Shown here piece by piece: positions 14,316-26,497 of a DNA stretch of 64,000 nucleotides. Both the position numbers and the translations under genes were made by a program. Position 1 is the first letter of the stretch. Every line of letters starts with the position of its first letter. Origin of the DNA: Eledone cirrhosa (Eukaryota); the NCBI GenBank assembly GCA_964016885.1, contig OZ024740.1, positions 338,644,001-338,708,000 on the forward strand, in the 5' to 3' direction. A model generated the notes under the pieces. The model made no database searches and had not been told where the DNA came from. It saw only the letters and a list, made by a program, of their open reading frames with translations.

Positions 14316-17300
14316 ATGACCTCACTTAGAATAGGCAGCATAAATGAGCGTGGCTTAGGGTCGTCATGGAAGCAGGGCCACCTGATCAACGACCTCAGGT
14401 CACTAAACATAGATGTAGTGGCCATCAGCGAGACCAGAATCTCCGAAGCATGGGCCTTCGCACCGATCTTCGGCGGCTACGATGTGTACGCATCTCCAAG
14501 CCGTCCTGGATCGGGGGGAGTAGTTGCTGTGCTTTTCCGGAGAGGTTTGGATCTCGCCATACGGGCCATCTTCCTGGATCCAGAAGGTAAGTTGGTGGTG
14601 CTGGACGTGACCAGCGGAGACGGGCAAGCTTTCAGGCTAGTGGCTGTCTATGCCCCAACAGGAGCAGGGCGGCCTATTTTCTTCCGGTGTCTGGAGATCT
14701 TTCTAGGAACGTCCCGCTCTTTAGTTTTAGTGGGCGACTGGAACGGGATCTTAGATGCACGCTGGGACTGTGTCGGATTAGCGGATAGGGGAGGAGGGTG
14801 CAATAGCCTCACCAAACTGCTCAGCCGTTTTGAACTGTCTGACAGGTACCGATTGGATTTCCCGAATGTGCCAATGTGGACTTGGACAAACCGCATAGAG
14901 TCACCCAGATCATATCTAGATAGAGTATTTTGTAGGGAAATAGAAAGGTCTAGCATAGGCTGTCCACAATTCAAGATAGTCAGCTACACGGACCACAAAT
15001 TTGTGATCTGTGTGCTTGACTTAGATAGGCTTCATAGACGAGGACCCGGCTACTGGAAGCTAAACGCGTCCTTACCAGCGCGCAAGGCCTACAGAGACCG
15101 GATTAGCGAACTAGTTAAGCGGGCGTTGAAGGGGACCATCGTCAACAACAAGTGGTGGTTTGCTCAGAAAAGAGCGATTAGAATAGAGTCCATTAGGTTT
15201 AGTAAGGCTTTATCAATAGAGAAAAATAGAGCAGAGGGAGAACTAGTTAGAAAATTAGACGAGGCGCTTAGCAAAGGCATCGCGACCGACGTACTTGCGG
15301 TGAAATTGCCCTTGACCAATTCTTCAATACAATGCACGAAGGCTGCGTTGTCAGAGCTAGGGTGCGTGCTCTCAGACACGAGGGGACGAAAGCCGTTCAA
15401 TGGGCCCGAGTGGCGGAGGCGCGTCATGGCAACAAAGCCACGATCCGGTCTTTGGTGGACCACGACGGGCGCATGATACTCGATCTCGGGCAAATGTGTG
15501 AAGCTTTTCAGCGACACTTCGCTCAGCTGTTCGGGGGCAGCTCGAGGGATGGACTTTAGTGTCTACCTCGACGGACTGCCGCGGCTCTCGGCCACTGAGG
15601 CGGAGTGTTGCGAAAAGCCAATAACAGCCGCTGAAGTACGGGAGGCAATGACTGGCTGCACAAGGGGTAAATCGCCTGGTTTGGATGGTCTGCCCTATGA
15701 ACTTTACGTACAGATGCCAGACTTGTTCGGAGGCCTCTTGGCGGACGTCTACTGCAACTGGCAACAGAACGGCAGAATTCTCAGCTCTGTGAGCCGAGGA
15801 GCTGTGGCGCTGCTGAGAAAGGATCCGAACAAGGGGGATAACATAGATAATTTCAGGCCCATAACTCAGCTAAACACAGAGTTCAAGATTTTGGCCAAGG
15901 TGCTAGCAAAGAGGTTGGCGCTTGTCATTGGTGGTCTGGTGGGAGAGGCGCAGACATGCGCCATTCCCGACAGATCCATCCACGACAACCTCCAACTCAT
16001 GCGATACATCGTAGAGAGGGTAGCTAGGGAACCTGGCACGGGTGGGTCCTTGATCAATTTAGATCAGTCGAAAGCTTTCGATAGGATCTACCATCGTTAC
16101 CTAGCGGCAGTCCTGAGGGCGGCTGGCTTTGGGCCCGTCTTCAGAGGCTGGATCGCGGCCATGCACAGCGACATCTGCTCTGTGGTGAGAGTGAACGTCA
16201 CCTTTCGGAACTGTTCAACATCATGCGCTCGGTCCGCCAAGGGTGTCCCATCTCTTCCCTCTTGTAGGCATTGACTCTCGAGCCATTACTGCACAAACTG
16301 GAGATGTTGAGGGGGATCCCGTGCGAATTAGGATGCGGAAGATCCGTGTCAGCATATGCGGACGATGTCACCGTAGTGGTGTCGAACGCCAAACACATCA
16401 AGGCGATCGGCACTACACTAAGAGAATACGAAGCGGTGACAGGAGCAATGATCAACCAGGAAAAGTCAGTGGGCCTGCAGCTTGGCACCTGGAGAGGCAG
16501 GTCCATGCCGTCCAACAGCATCGTCGGGCGCTAGACGGACGGACCGGTTAAATTGCTAGGGGTCTGGTTCGGTCCGGACCTCCAGACGGACAAAAACTGG
16601 GACGAGGTGACGAGCAGGGTGGCTTCTCTCACCCAGAAATGGGCGGAGAGGAAGCTATCCTTGAAAGGTCGAGCGGAGGTGGCTAACGCGTACATCGCGT
16701 CCGTCATCTACTACTGCCTGACTGTCGTACCTTGTCCTAAGCCCCGCCTGACTGTGCTGGAGCGTTTGCTCTTTCGCTTTTTGTGGAAGGGACGCGCTCC
16801 GATGGTCAGGCGGTCCATCTGCTGTCAACACCCGCTACGTGGAGGGCTGGGCATGCCGTGGCTGATGATGCGCAGACACGCGCTCAGGCTACGACATCAC
16901 CTCTTCCTCGACGGTGCTCAGGTGTGGTCGCCGTTTGCTAGACGCGTCTTTCCCCAGCTCGTCTCCTTGACGGAGCTGCAGTCCTGGGTCAAGCGAAGAC
17001 TGAGAGGGAGCGCTTGGAGACTGGAATGTCTTCAGACGCTCACAGCCCTCGACCAATCGGGCAATGTGATCGGTGGAAACTCCACCTTGGCGTTCTATAG
17101 AGGATAAGTGGAGGGGAAGAGCGACGACGTAGTTGGGGAAACTCTAGGCGTCGACGAAAATCAGCTAGCCAATCTCTTCGGAAGAACTTTCGGGCCGGGG
17201 CCTATGGACATCTTCCAGAAATCCCTGGCCTGGCAGTGTTACCGAGGAGTTTTGTCAGTTCGGGATAAACTCTACAGGCATGGAGGTGCCATCAGCCGGG

Positions 17301-17690
17301 CATGTCCGAGATGCGCGCAGGGCGACGAAACCGTCCTGCATGCACTCGTCCAGTGTCCAAGCATTGCTGACTGGTGGGTTTATGTCGAACACCTGCTGTC
17401 GCGTGTATGACGGATCCAGCTATCAGCTGAATCCATCGTGAGGATTGCCCCACCCTCTTCCTTTAGCCTGGAGGGGCAGGCAGTTTTTATCTGTCTGGTG
17501 GCCATGGCGAAAGAGATAGTATGGTGGAGCACTTACCTCTTCGGTGATGCCCTGATTAACTTTTTTTAATTTGAAAAGGAAAATCAGGGTAGAGAGGGAA
17601 GTGCTCTCTTCCCAGCATTTTGTTGAAAGATGGGTGACAGAGGCAAGAATGGCCCGAGTGAATGGGCCTACTCTGAGTATGTGTCCGTAA
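14316..17690 (+). pseudogene. Tx1-like ORF2: APE endonuclease, reverse transcriptase and zinc finger; several frameshifts and stops
   Basis: SINERG, ISET, VYAP, GDWN, YLDR, TDH (APE); KSPGLDGLP, NFRPIT, DQSKAFD, YADD at 16355-16366, GGLG (RT); CPRCAQGDETVLHALVQC. Split over at least six ORF-track segments. Confidence 0.93.
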
Positions 17691-17929
17691 ATTAAAGGTG
17701 GAAAACTGGGAGAGGGCACTTGCCCTTGTGGTCAGGGTCACTGTGGCTTTTTAATGGGCTTTCTCCACGAATGTCCCTCGGAAGTCTCCCCCCTATTGGG
17801 GAATTTTTTCATTGTTCTATTATTACATCCTCTGTTTTTTGTTTTTTTACATGCAGAAATGCCCTTTTGTACCTTCCTGTATTGTCCTGTACTGTCCTTA
17901 ATGTCTACTCTGTGTAAACCCTTATGGTT

Positions 17930-17935
17930 AATAAA
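17930..17935 (+). promoter_or_regulatory. Polyadenylation signal of the Tx1-like LINE
   Basis: AATAAA a few bases before the 3' junction, after a T-rich 3' UTR. Confidence 0.6.
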
Positions 17936-18227
17936 GAAAACATTATGATTATTATTATTATTATTATTATTATGATTATAATTATTATCTCTATGAAGTG
18001 ACTAGTCAATGCATGTACTAAGCTCCAGTTTACATTTACATTTTCTGAAAGTAATTACAAATGAAGATAAAAAAAACATATATAAATTGTTGTTTCTAAA
18101 ATTTACAATTTGTTGGACTGATAAACTTTAAATAAAATTACATATGCAAAACTTTAAGCCGTTGTGATGATTTCCTTCCAATATTGTATGTCTTTTAGAA
18201 AGCTGCAGATTTCCCATATATGATCTA

Positions 18228-18387
18228 CAGACTTGCCAACCTCTAAAACTGAAAGAAGTGCCCCCAAAACGGGGGGAAATGAGACAAAATGGGGAGATTT
18301 TACATGAAAGCTATACCAATTTTCTCTCACCCACCCCAAAGTGGGTGGAAGATGTCCCCTGTAAGGCGGGGAGAGTTGAGAAGTTTG
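18228..18387. mobile_element. MITE (family A), second copy
   Basis: Homologous to 2170-2364. GATCTA on both sides (18222-18227 and 18388-18393). Confidence 0.75.
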
Positions 18388-20912
18388 GATCTACCACAAA
18401 ATGATATATAACAAAGAGCCAACACAAATGCTGCAGAGCATTTAACCAAACACTGTAACAATTCTACTAATTCATCGCCTAAACGATGATAATACTGATA
18501 AATTTCAATGCCCTTGTATTTACAGTCTATGTTGCAATATTTGGTTTTCTATACAATATTAGAACACACAAGCACGCATAATATATCATAATATGACAGT
18601 AAATACTATGTTAATATAAAATATAAAAATAACAGCTTATATCACAAGACAAAACCCATAACAACATGATATACAATATTAATAAAACAGAATAAGAATG
18701 AAACACGATGACATGATCATATATCACAGCCCACATATGATACAATATTATAAGATTACATTTGTATGATTATACTGAAAAACAGACATATATATCAATA
18801 TATATAAACAGGGGACACCAATTTTATATTCTGTGTGCTAATTCATAGCACATGATCAAATGCACAGTATACCTCTCCGTATTCAATTTTTCTATAAAAT
18901 ACGTTAGTTTAGATATATTTATCATTTTTACATGACAAAAAAATAAAACAGTTGGAGCTCCGTCAATTTTAATGATAAATGTTACAATTTTTTGTTCAAC
19001 TGACCTATCAACTCATAAGACTAGCATATAAGTGAATGGGTATTCCACAAGCCCATGTACCCAGAATCGCCATGATAAAAGAGAAACAATTCAACAAATG
19101 GGTTTCCAAACAATTTTTGTCTAATTAATATCATTCACAAGGCTTGAGTTGATTTGAGGCTAGGCTAATAAATAGTTGCCAAAGCTGGCATGCTGTGGAA
19201 TCAAACTCGAAACACTCATTATTGCACAGTGAACTCTAAACCACTTTATCATACCTGCATTCTTTAATATCAACTAAAGACAAACATTATTTGCATTAAT
19301 GAGACTTTTGAATCTGCTTTAATTTCACAAGAAATTTCTTATGTTAGAAGTTAAATTTGGTACTGAAAGCATTAGAGGATTATTTTACTTTAACCACTCA
19401 GTATTGAGCTGCTTTTTGTTTGTTTTCAGATTCATGGATGAAAATGTTTTGAAACTACAAATGTAACTCTATGAAAATTTTCTTAGTGCTGAAAAATATT
19501 CACAGCGTAAAGATTGACGAAAATGAATCATATCAACATCATTTGAAACTGAGGGGAGCTCATCAAACTTTTCAATAATGATCTTTTTCTTCCAAGTTAA
19601 TAGGTACCATATGTATGTTTCTAAACATTTTCATGAGATTTTGTTCATTTTGTAAAAATAGGTTTATTTATGCAAGCATGCAGTCTTCTTTAGCAAAATC
19701 ACAAATACAACCTTCAAATGATTCTTGCAATAACCCAAATTATTCAACATATTTTGAAAAATTGACATTATCTTTAGTAAAATCACTGTGCAAAACCTAG
19801 TTAAACATCACTATTTTCTAGCTGGAGATGAACATTTTTAATGTTAATTTGATACCATTTACTAAGCTAAAAAGGCAATTTTTTTGTCCTGCAGTTTCAA
19901 ATTTAGATCACTGAGGTGGCTCTTTGATGTAGCCAGTTATCTCAATGATCTAAAAGTGGTTTCCAGACTTATTTTGTCACAGAACCACTGAATCCCCACA
20001 GTCCTAACTTTAAAATGATATTTGCGCTTTCATTACCAAATTTCTAATGAAATGCACTATATTTGTATTAATGAATAATTTGGAGAATTTACTAAAATTA
20101 TTAATTAGTGCATTATTAAGATGCTATTTGTAACATAATTTAACAAAATGTCCTTATATCAAATTATGTTTTTATTTAAATAGGAATTCTATAAAATGCT
20201 TGATTTTGTTTTATAAAACCACAGCCAGTTTGTGTTACAGAATTGTTTTAGGGAGAAAATTTATTCATAACACAAATATGTCATAACTGTATTAAATTAT
20301 CTTACAGTACCCCAAAATATTTTCTTATGGAAACCAGGGTTTTCTTGGAACCCACATTGGGAATCACTGATATAAATGAACTAATATTTCTAAATCAAAT
20401 AGTCAATTACACATAACAAAAAACGCTTCCTTCAAGAAACTCCCCTTATTTCTCTTATAGAAAATTATGAAGAATCCCTTTCAGTTTTCAAAATTTACTC
20501 AAAACTTAAACTCTAGAAAACCACTACACTTCACAACAAAAGATGTTCCACAATATTTTATAAATTCTTCAATATTTTATTTCAGAGTTGTACTTGTCTG
20601 ACAAGTGGCTTGATATGAGACTGTGTTGAAAACAAATCTATTAAATCATAGAAGAGTCATTTTAGCCATTCAAAAACACAAAAAATATTAAATTCCCTTT
20701 ACATTTATCATTTATTTTTTGGTGTAAAGATTTTTGTCTGTTTAATGCTGTTGCGTTAAAATTATTCAAGTATTTATTAAATGTATATAGTGAAGTGATA
20801 TGTTAGGAAAGGTGATCTCAAAGGTGTTTAAACAATGAATGCTAGAAAGCATAGTGTCCAACCTTCTACCGATACTGCCAATTATAATTAATGAGCATTA
20901 ATATCATATATA

Positions 20913-21100
20913 GGGCGGTGGATTGGCTGTATCAGTAGAGGGTCGGACGCCATGCTTTGCAGCATAGAGTTACGGCCCTTTATGGTCTGAGTTCAAATCC
21001 CGCCGAGGTTAACTTTGCCTTTCATCCTTATGGGGTCGATAAAATAAAGTACCAGTAATGCACTGGGATAATTGCTGGCCTTGTGCCAAAAGTAGAAATA
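20913..21100 (+). mobile_element. SINE family S1, full length
   Basis: Same head, core and tail as the 6276 copy. 16-bp TSD attaatatcatatata at 20897-20912 and 21101-21116. Confidence 0.9.
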
Positions 21101-21119
21101 ATTAATATCATATATACAC

Positions 21120-23513
21120 TAGGCATATGACTTTTTTACAACCCCATATGAGCATGCTATTTTCTAATGAGGTTTTTGTCATAAAGAAAAAAATACAGTA
21201 GTTTTTTTGTAAATTTTGAAAAAAATTCTTGCACATACTAAATTATATTTTTTATTTTTTGGTAATTAGCCAGTCCCATAAAATAAATACCTAGAACAAT
21301 AAATTATGACAATAAAAAATTCATTTTAATTATTAGTTAAACAAAATTTAATCTCTAAGGTTCTACTACTTTTACAAAATGGCAAAAGGTCCTGCACAAC
21401 TTTTACAGCTCGATCAGTGCAAATGTTCGAGCATTGCGTCACAATTGAAGATTCTTCATTAGACCAAAATTTTCTGATGGTGTTTGCAGCCTTTTCACAC
21501 TTGGCCTTAATTAGTTGGTCAATGAGTTTCTGCTTGCTGTCAGCTCTATACAGTTGACTTGAGAACCACATTTTTCCCCACATTCCGCAGATGTATTTGG
21601 TACCAGCGTGCAGCTTCGCTCGTTCATCAGGCATCAAAATAAACCCAAGCAACAAATAAATTGCTCGGCTATTCCAATGAGCATTGTGCAAATTAGGTAA
21701 TTTCTTAAAATTTATTTTAGGAAACGCACCGTTTTCAAAGAAATGTTGCACGGCTATCATGAGATGCTGAAGGAAATCCATGTCACTTCTCCAGCACATC
21801 GGGGTTTCATTAATTTCCGTCGTTCCATTTGAAAAGTTCTGCTTCAGTTCGTCATAGTTCTTTAAAATGGCCTCAACAAAGTAATAATTGATATATGGCG
21901 AAGCTGTTTTGCTACTATATAGTTGATCAAAATAAACTTTCAATGCACGGTCTAAAATGTGGTGCTGGCATCCAACATATAATGGCTTGCTGTAACCGTG
22001 ACACTCAAACTCACTGTTGAACATGGCAACAACTCCTGCCTTTTTGCCGGTATTGACACTAGTTGTGTCGGAGACTATCATCATGATAGACTCCCACAGT
22101 TCATATTTGTCAATAACTTCTTTCAATCCATTAAATATAGTAATAGCCTTTCCATCGGTTAATGCCATCGGTCTCAAGTGTATTTCTTTCTCATCATTTT
22201 TTATCACTACAACCTGATATTCTACGTCTCTCATTCGTTTTCCATCAAAATGAAGGCTCCATTTTTCCCTTTTGAGTTCATTTTTCCACTTTTCCATGAG
22301 TTTCTCACCTTCTCTGATAACTGCTTTGTGCACTGCCGACTGACTCAGGGTGCTCACCTTAATACCACCACTTTTAAATTCGTTGCAAACTGCTGCTGCT
22401 TTTCTACTAGGTAATTTAGTATTTCTTACTAGGTTAACAGCATGAGCTGTGTTTTCTCATTTTCGTTTTTTTTCTGGTGAAGGTGAAGTTGAAGGTTTGT
22501 AATCGCTGGTATTTGTATCGGTGTCACTGTAACTTTCATTTGAGTCCAGATGAATGTATGATCAGGATGGCTTATCATGATCTAGTTCTTGTTTTTTGTT
22601 TTTAATTCTCTTAGAAGGATGGATTTTCTTTTCACTGTCTATTTTCATTGTAGTATACCCAACCTTTCCACAACTCTCAACTTGCTTTTCATAAAATGAC
22701 AAATCTTCAGCTGCTAACCATATCCCATATCTTTTTGTAATGTCAAACAGATTATTGAAATTCGCAGAGCCAGGTCTTTTCACTTCTTTTTCCTTTTTTT
22801 TAATTATTTTTTCAATTTTTTGAGGTATTGAAAGTTTGTTGATAGTTGGAAAGCTGAACTTTTCCCATAAACTTTCACATTCTCCAGCAATTATCTTAAT
22901 TCTTTTTTTGGTATTTTTCTCTTCAGCAGCAAGAGTGATATATCTATCAACGATCTGTTGCTCAGTAGGTAGCTTGCATAATTCAATTAATGAACTTTGA
23001 ATTTTCGTTTTCCTAGATTTCTTTCTCTTCTCAAAATGACAAATATTTTGTGCCCAAATCTTTTTACTTTCCTCTTTAGCAACTGGATTTTTATACATCT
23101 GAAATTTATAATATTAATATAATATAATTATAAATATTAAAATATATTAATAAATATACCTCGCAAATTTTAATTTATTCTATTTATGTATTTTATGAAT
23201 TTTATGAACAGATTAAACTGACAAATAAGTGATGAACAAGCAATAAAGTTGATCCATTAAATAATTTGAAGAAGAATACTATATTTTATAAACTGTTAAA
23301 TTGCACACTATATTTTTTTTATTACATACACACGTATATTGTATATGCAATTCTATATTAGTTAATCAATGTTAAAGAATCTACCTTGTGCAAGAAATTT
23401 TTAAAATTCTAATATTTTTTAACATGCTCAAAAGTATTTTCTAGTAAAAGTTCATCTGAAAATGGCATGCTCATTTATTTTTTTAACAAAAGTGTACTTT
23501 AGGAATATGCCTA
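21120..23513 (-). mobile_element. hAT superfamily (hATm-like) DNA transposon, complete
   Basis: TIR TAGGCATAT/ATATGCCTA. Perfect 8-bp TSD ATATACAC (21112-21119 and 23514-23521). Subterminal inverted motifs atgagcatgc/gcatgctcat and ttcttgcaca/tgtgcaagaa. Confidence 0.9.
21326..23098 (-). pseudogene. hATm-like transposase: 591 codons in one frame with two in-frame TGA
   Basis: ORFs 22562-23098 and 21326-22357 share a frame. Stops at 22562-22564 and 22457-22459. Motifs LHFDGK, SDTTSVNTG, CQHH and NICTDRAVK (expected catalytic E appears as D). Confidence 0.85.
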
Positions 23514-24354
23514 ATATACACTCTATATTTCTATAACACTTTGAAAACCTCCTTAGATTGTTTAGCTTACTAAATAGGATCTAATTACATCCAGTTGGTT
23601 AATAGATGCTTATTTTTTAAATAAAATTTAGTAAGAAAAAAAAATAAAGGGAAACAAAAGGAAAGAAAGAATAGGGAAATATAGAGAAAAAAAGAGAAAG
23701 AAAGAAGAAAAAGAACGGGCAGGAAAGGGGATAGCAAGAGCTCTGGTGTCGCAGAAGAGAGGGGTAAAGGGGGAGGGTGATTGGGCTTTAGGCCTAGGGC
23801 AAGAGGGCAGAAGTGCTGCGCCCCGGTGACAAGACAGCAAAAGCATTCCCCCAGACGATGGCCAGTGACACAAAGTATTATGTCTTTAATAACATTCTTG
23901 GAATCTGTTTTTAACAAACATAATGGCCTGCACACTATCTACTGACTCTGTGATATTATTGTGGTGTGGCATGTCCTTTGCATGTCTGTGTCTGGTCAGG
24001 ATTATTTAAGGTGACTGCCAGTTTGATGTAGGGGAGTCTATTTATGATGTACCCCTTGGATAACATGGGTGAATCATGATACATAGTTAAAACAGATTTT
24101 CTAAGCATGCCTTTATTTTGACAAATATGTCTGACCATCTTTTTTATTTTCCTTTTTCAAGAAACTTCTCATGATTCATAAATTCTCGAAATACATTAAA
24201 ATTATCATCAAATCCTCTTACACAAATACTATATTACATATGTCATGTAGATTTGCATCAAAGTTAAAGAAAATTAATGAGAAACATGGTTGTTATTATC
24301 ATTATTATAGTTGTTGTTGTAGTTTTTATTGTAGTTGTTATTTATTGTAGTTAG

Positions 24355-24830
24355 TGCGAGGATGGCAGAATTGTTAGAGCTTTGTACAGATACTTAGCAA
24401 TATTTGTTTTAGCTCTTTGTGTTCTGAGTTCAATTCCTACTGTGGTCAATTTTGCCTTTCATCCCTATGGGGTTGATAAAATAAAGTACCAGTAATGTAC
24501 TGGGGTCCATTTAATTGACTTTCTCCCTCACCTAAAATTGTTGGTCTTGTGCCTAGATAAGAAACCAACAAAGAAAGAATTATTATAGTTGTTGTTGTTG
24601 TTGTTGTTTATATTGTAGTTATTGTGGCAAAATAGTTAGAGCATCAACCAAAATGCCCTGTGATGTTTGTTCTGGTTCTTTAAGCTCTAATTTCAAATTT
24701 TGCTGAAGTCAGTCAACTTTGCCTTTCGTTCTTCCAGCATTGATAAAATAAAATACCATTCAAGTACTTGGGTCAATTTAATTGACTAACACCACCCCAA
24801 AAATTCCTGGCGTTGAATTTAGAAATTATT
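24355..24830 (+). mobile_element. Two diverged tandem SINE S1-related copies separated by (GTT)n
   Basis: tggcagaattgttagagc...ttctgagttcaattcc...gcctttcatccctatggggttgataaaataaagtacc, repeated in more diverged form. Confidence 0.7.
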
Positions 24831-26497
24831 ATTGTAGCTGTAGTAGTTAGTTGTAGCAAACTATTTTGTTCAGTAATGATAAATGGAATGTTGATCCGAG
24901 GCAGCTTTGTTATATAATTGTGGCTTTGTCTTAATATTGTGATGTGCAGTATAATGCAATGTTGTTGTATAGCCTCATGTCAGCTCTCATTAATATGGTA
25001 GGTAGGAAGTTTGTTGATTGATATGTATACCATGTATACCATGTATCGATCCATTTAAGGACCATAGTGCACACTCTAATGTTCTAGTCAGCACCTGATT
25101 TTCATATGGACTGAGTGAACTGTAACCCAGAGTTTTAAAGCCCAAGGGGCCTCATCTTGTTCTAAATATATATTAAGATATAGCTATGAAACATTTTTAT
25201 CAAAGTTTAGAATATCATGTTATTAAATTCATTTCTTTAGGTGTCACCTCAGTTACAGATGTTGGTCTGGATCTATGTAGAAATCTCACCATTGCTTAGA
25301 TTCGTGTACATTTAATTTTTATTATGTTTCTTGTGAGCAGGTACTAGGGGCCCTAAATATTCTTTATCTCAGAGCCCCTTTAATTCAACTCCAATTGTTG
25401 TACAATGTAGTGTTGTATAGTGTAGAATATTATAAGACAGATTGCATTGTGTAATGTAGTGTAGAGTAGAGCTGTGTAGTCTAATGAATGTAATATTGTT
25501 TGAAATAATATAAGGTTGTGTAGTATATTGTAATGTAATGCAGTATAGTAAAATTTATTGTGGTATTTTTAAAACTTATTAGGTCTGGAAGATGGGATGG
25601 GACAGCACCCATTGCTTCCACAATCCCTCTGAGACTGGAAAGTATAATGAACTATAATGTGATATAGTGTAGTGCTTGGACTGCCTCCAATATTTTCATT
25701 ACATAATTTGATGCTAGTGTCGGCTTGAAAGTAATATCAATTCTCCAACATATCAACATTTTAAAATTAACTGTTTGATGTGTTCCTTTTATTGGAGTTT
25801 ACTCCACCTCTTCCTTTCCCTCTCCTCCTCATAACTGATATCATTTGGAAGTAGAAACATGACCATTCTCCTTGTTCATATATCAACATCTAACAAACAA
25901 CATCTATTCAAGTTAGAACTAACATCTTCAACTATTCTTGACCATATGTCCAGTAGACATTAAATAAAATAATAATTTATTTGCAAAAGAAATCAATGAA
26001 AGTTATTGACCGATTCTGTGTTCCCTACTCATTAGAATTTCTGAGGATAACAAATAAAACACCTAGAAAAGATTATTGTTTTTGAAAATAAACATCGATA
26101 GGCTGATATTCTTACAACCTTTGCTCGTAAAATATTGGTATTATAGCTTACCTTAGAGAGATAGCGTTGATATCACAGCTACTTTATAGATACAACATTG
26201 ATATCAGAGATACCTCATAAATATAACGTTGATATAGATATGAATTGATGTAAATATAACATTTATAAGCCATGAAATGTGGTCCTTGTGGCTTTCACTT
26301 GATATAGCAGAAAGAAGATATTACCGAGGTAACATAATTACTTGTGGTGATGTTGTAACCATAGTAATCATAACTAGAGTAAGAAAAGGCTTAAAAGAAA
26401 TTCAAGAAAATGTTTCTCTTTCAATCTCCACATGTCTATCTCCTTTTCTCTCTAAATATATATACATATATATCTATATATATATGTATATATATAT

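Larger units (their letters stand above)
12228..17941 (+). mobile_element. Near full-length Tx1/L1-clade LINE flanked by (ATT)n on both sides
   Basis: ORF1 with CCHC knuckle; ORF2 with APE, RT and C-terminal CCHC; AATAAA at 17930. Sharp rise in GC and CpG relative to the flanks. ATT tracts at 12201-12227 and 17942-17988. Confidence 0.93.

Noticed and set aside
13787-16534. Recoding of Trp-position stops in the Tx1 ORFs by RNA editing
   Set aside because: Multiple frameshifts already inactivate this copy, and G>A decay of TGG explains the stops.
21116-21130. CACTA/EnSpm terminus (cactagg)
   Set aside because: The right end lacks TAGTG. The 8-bp TSD, TAGG TIR and transposase motifs indicate hAT.
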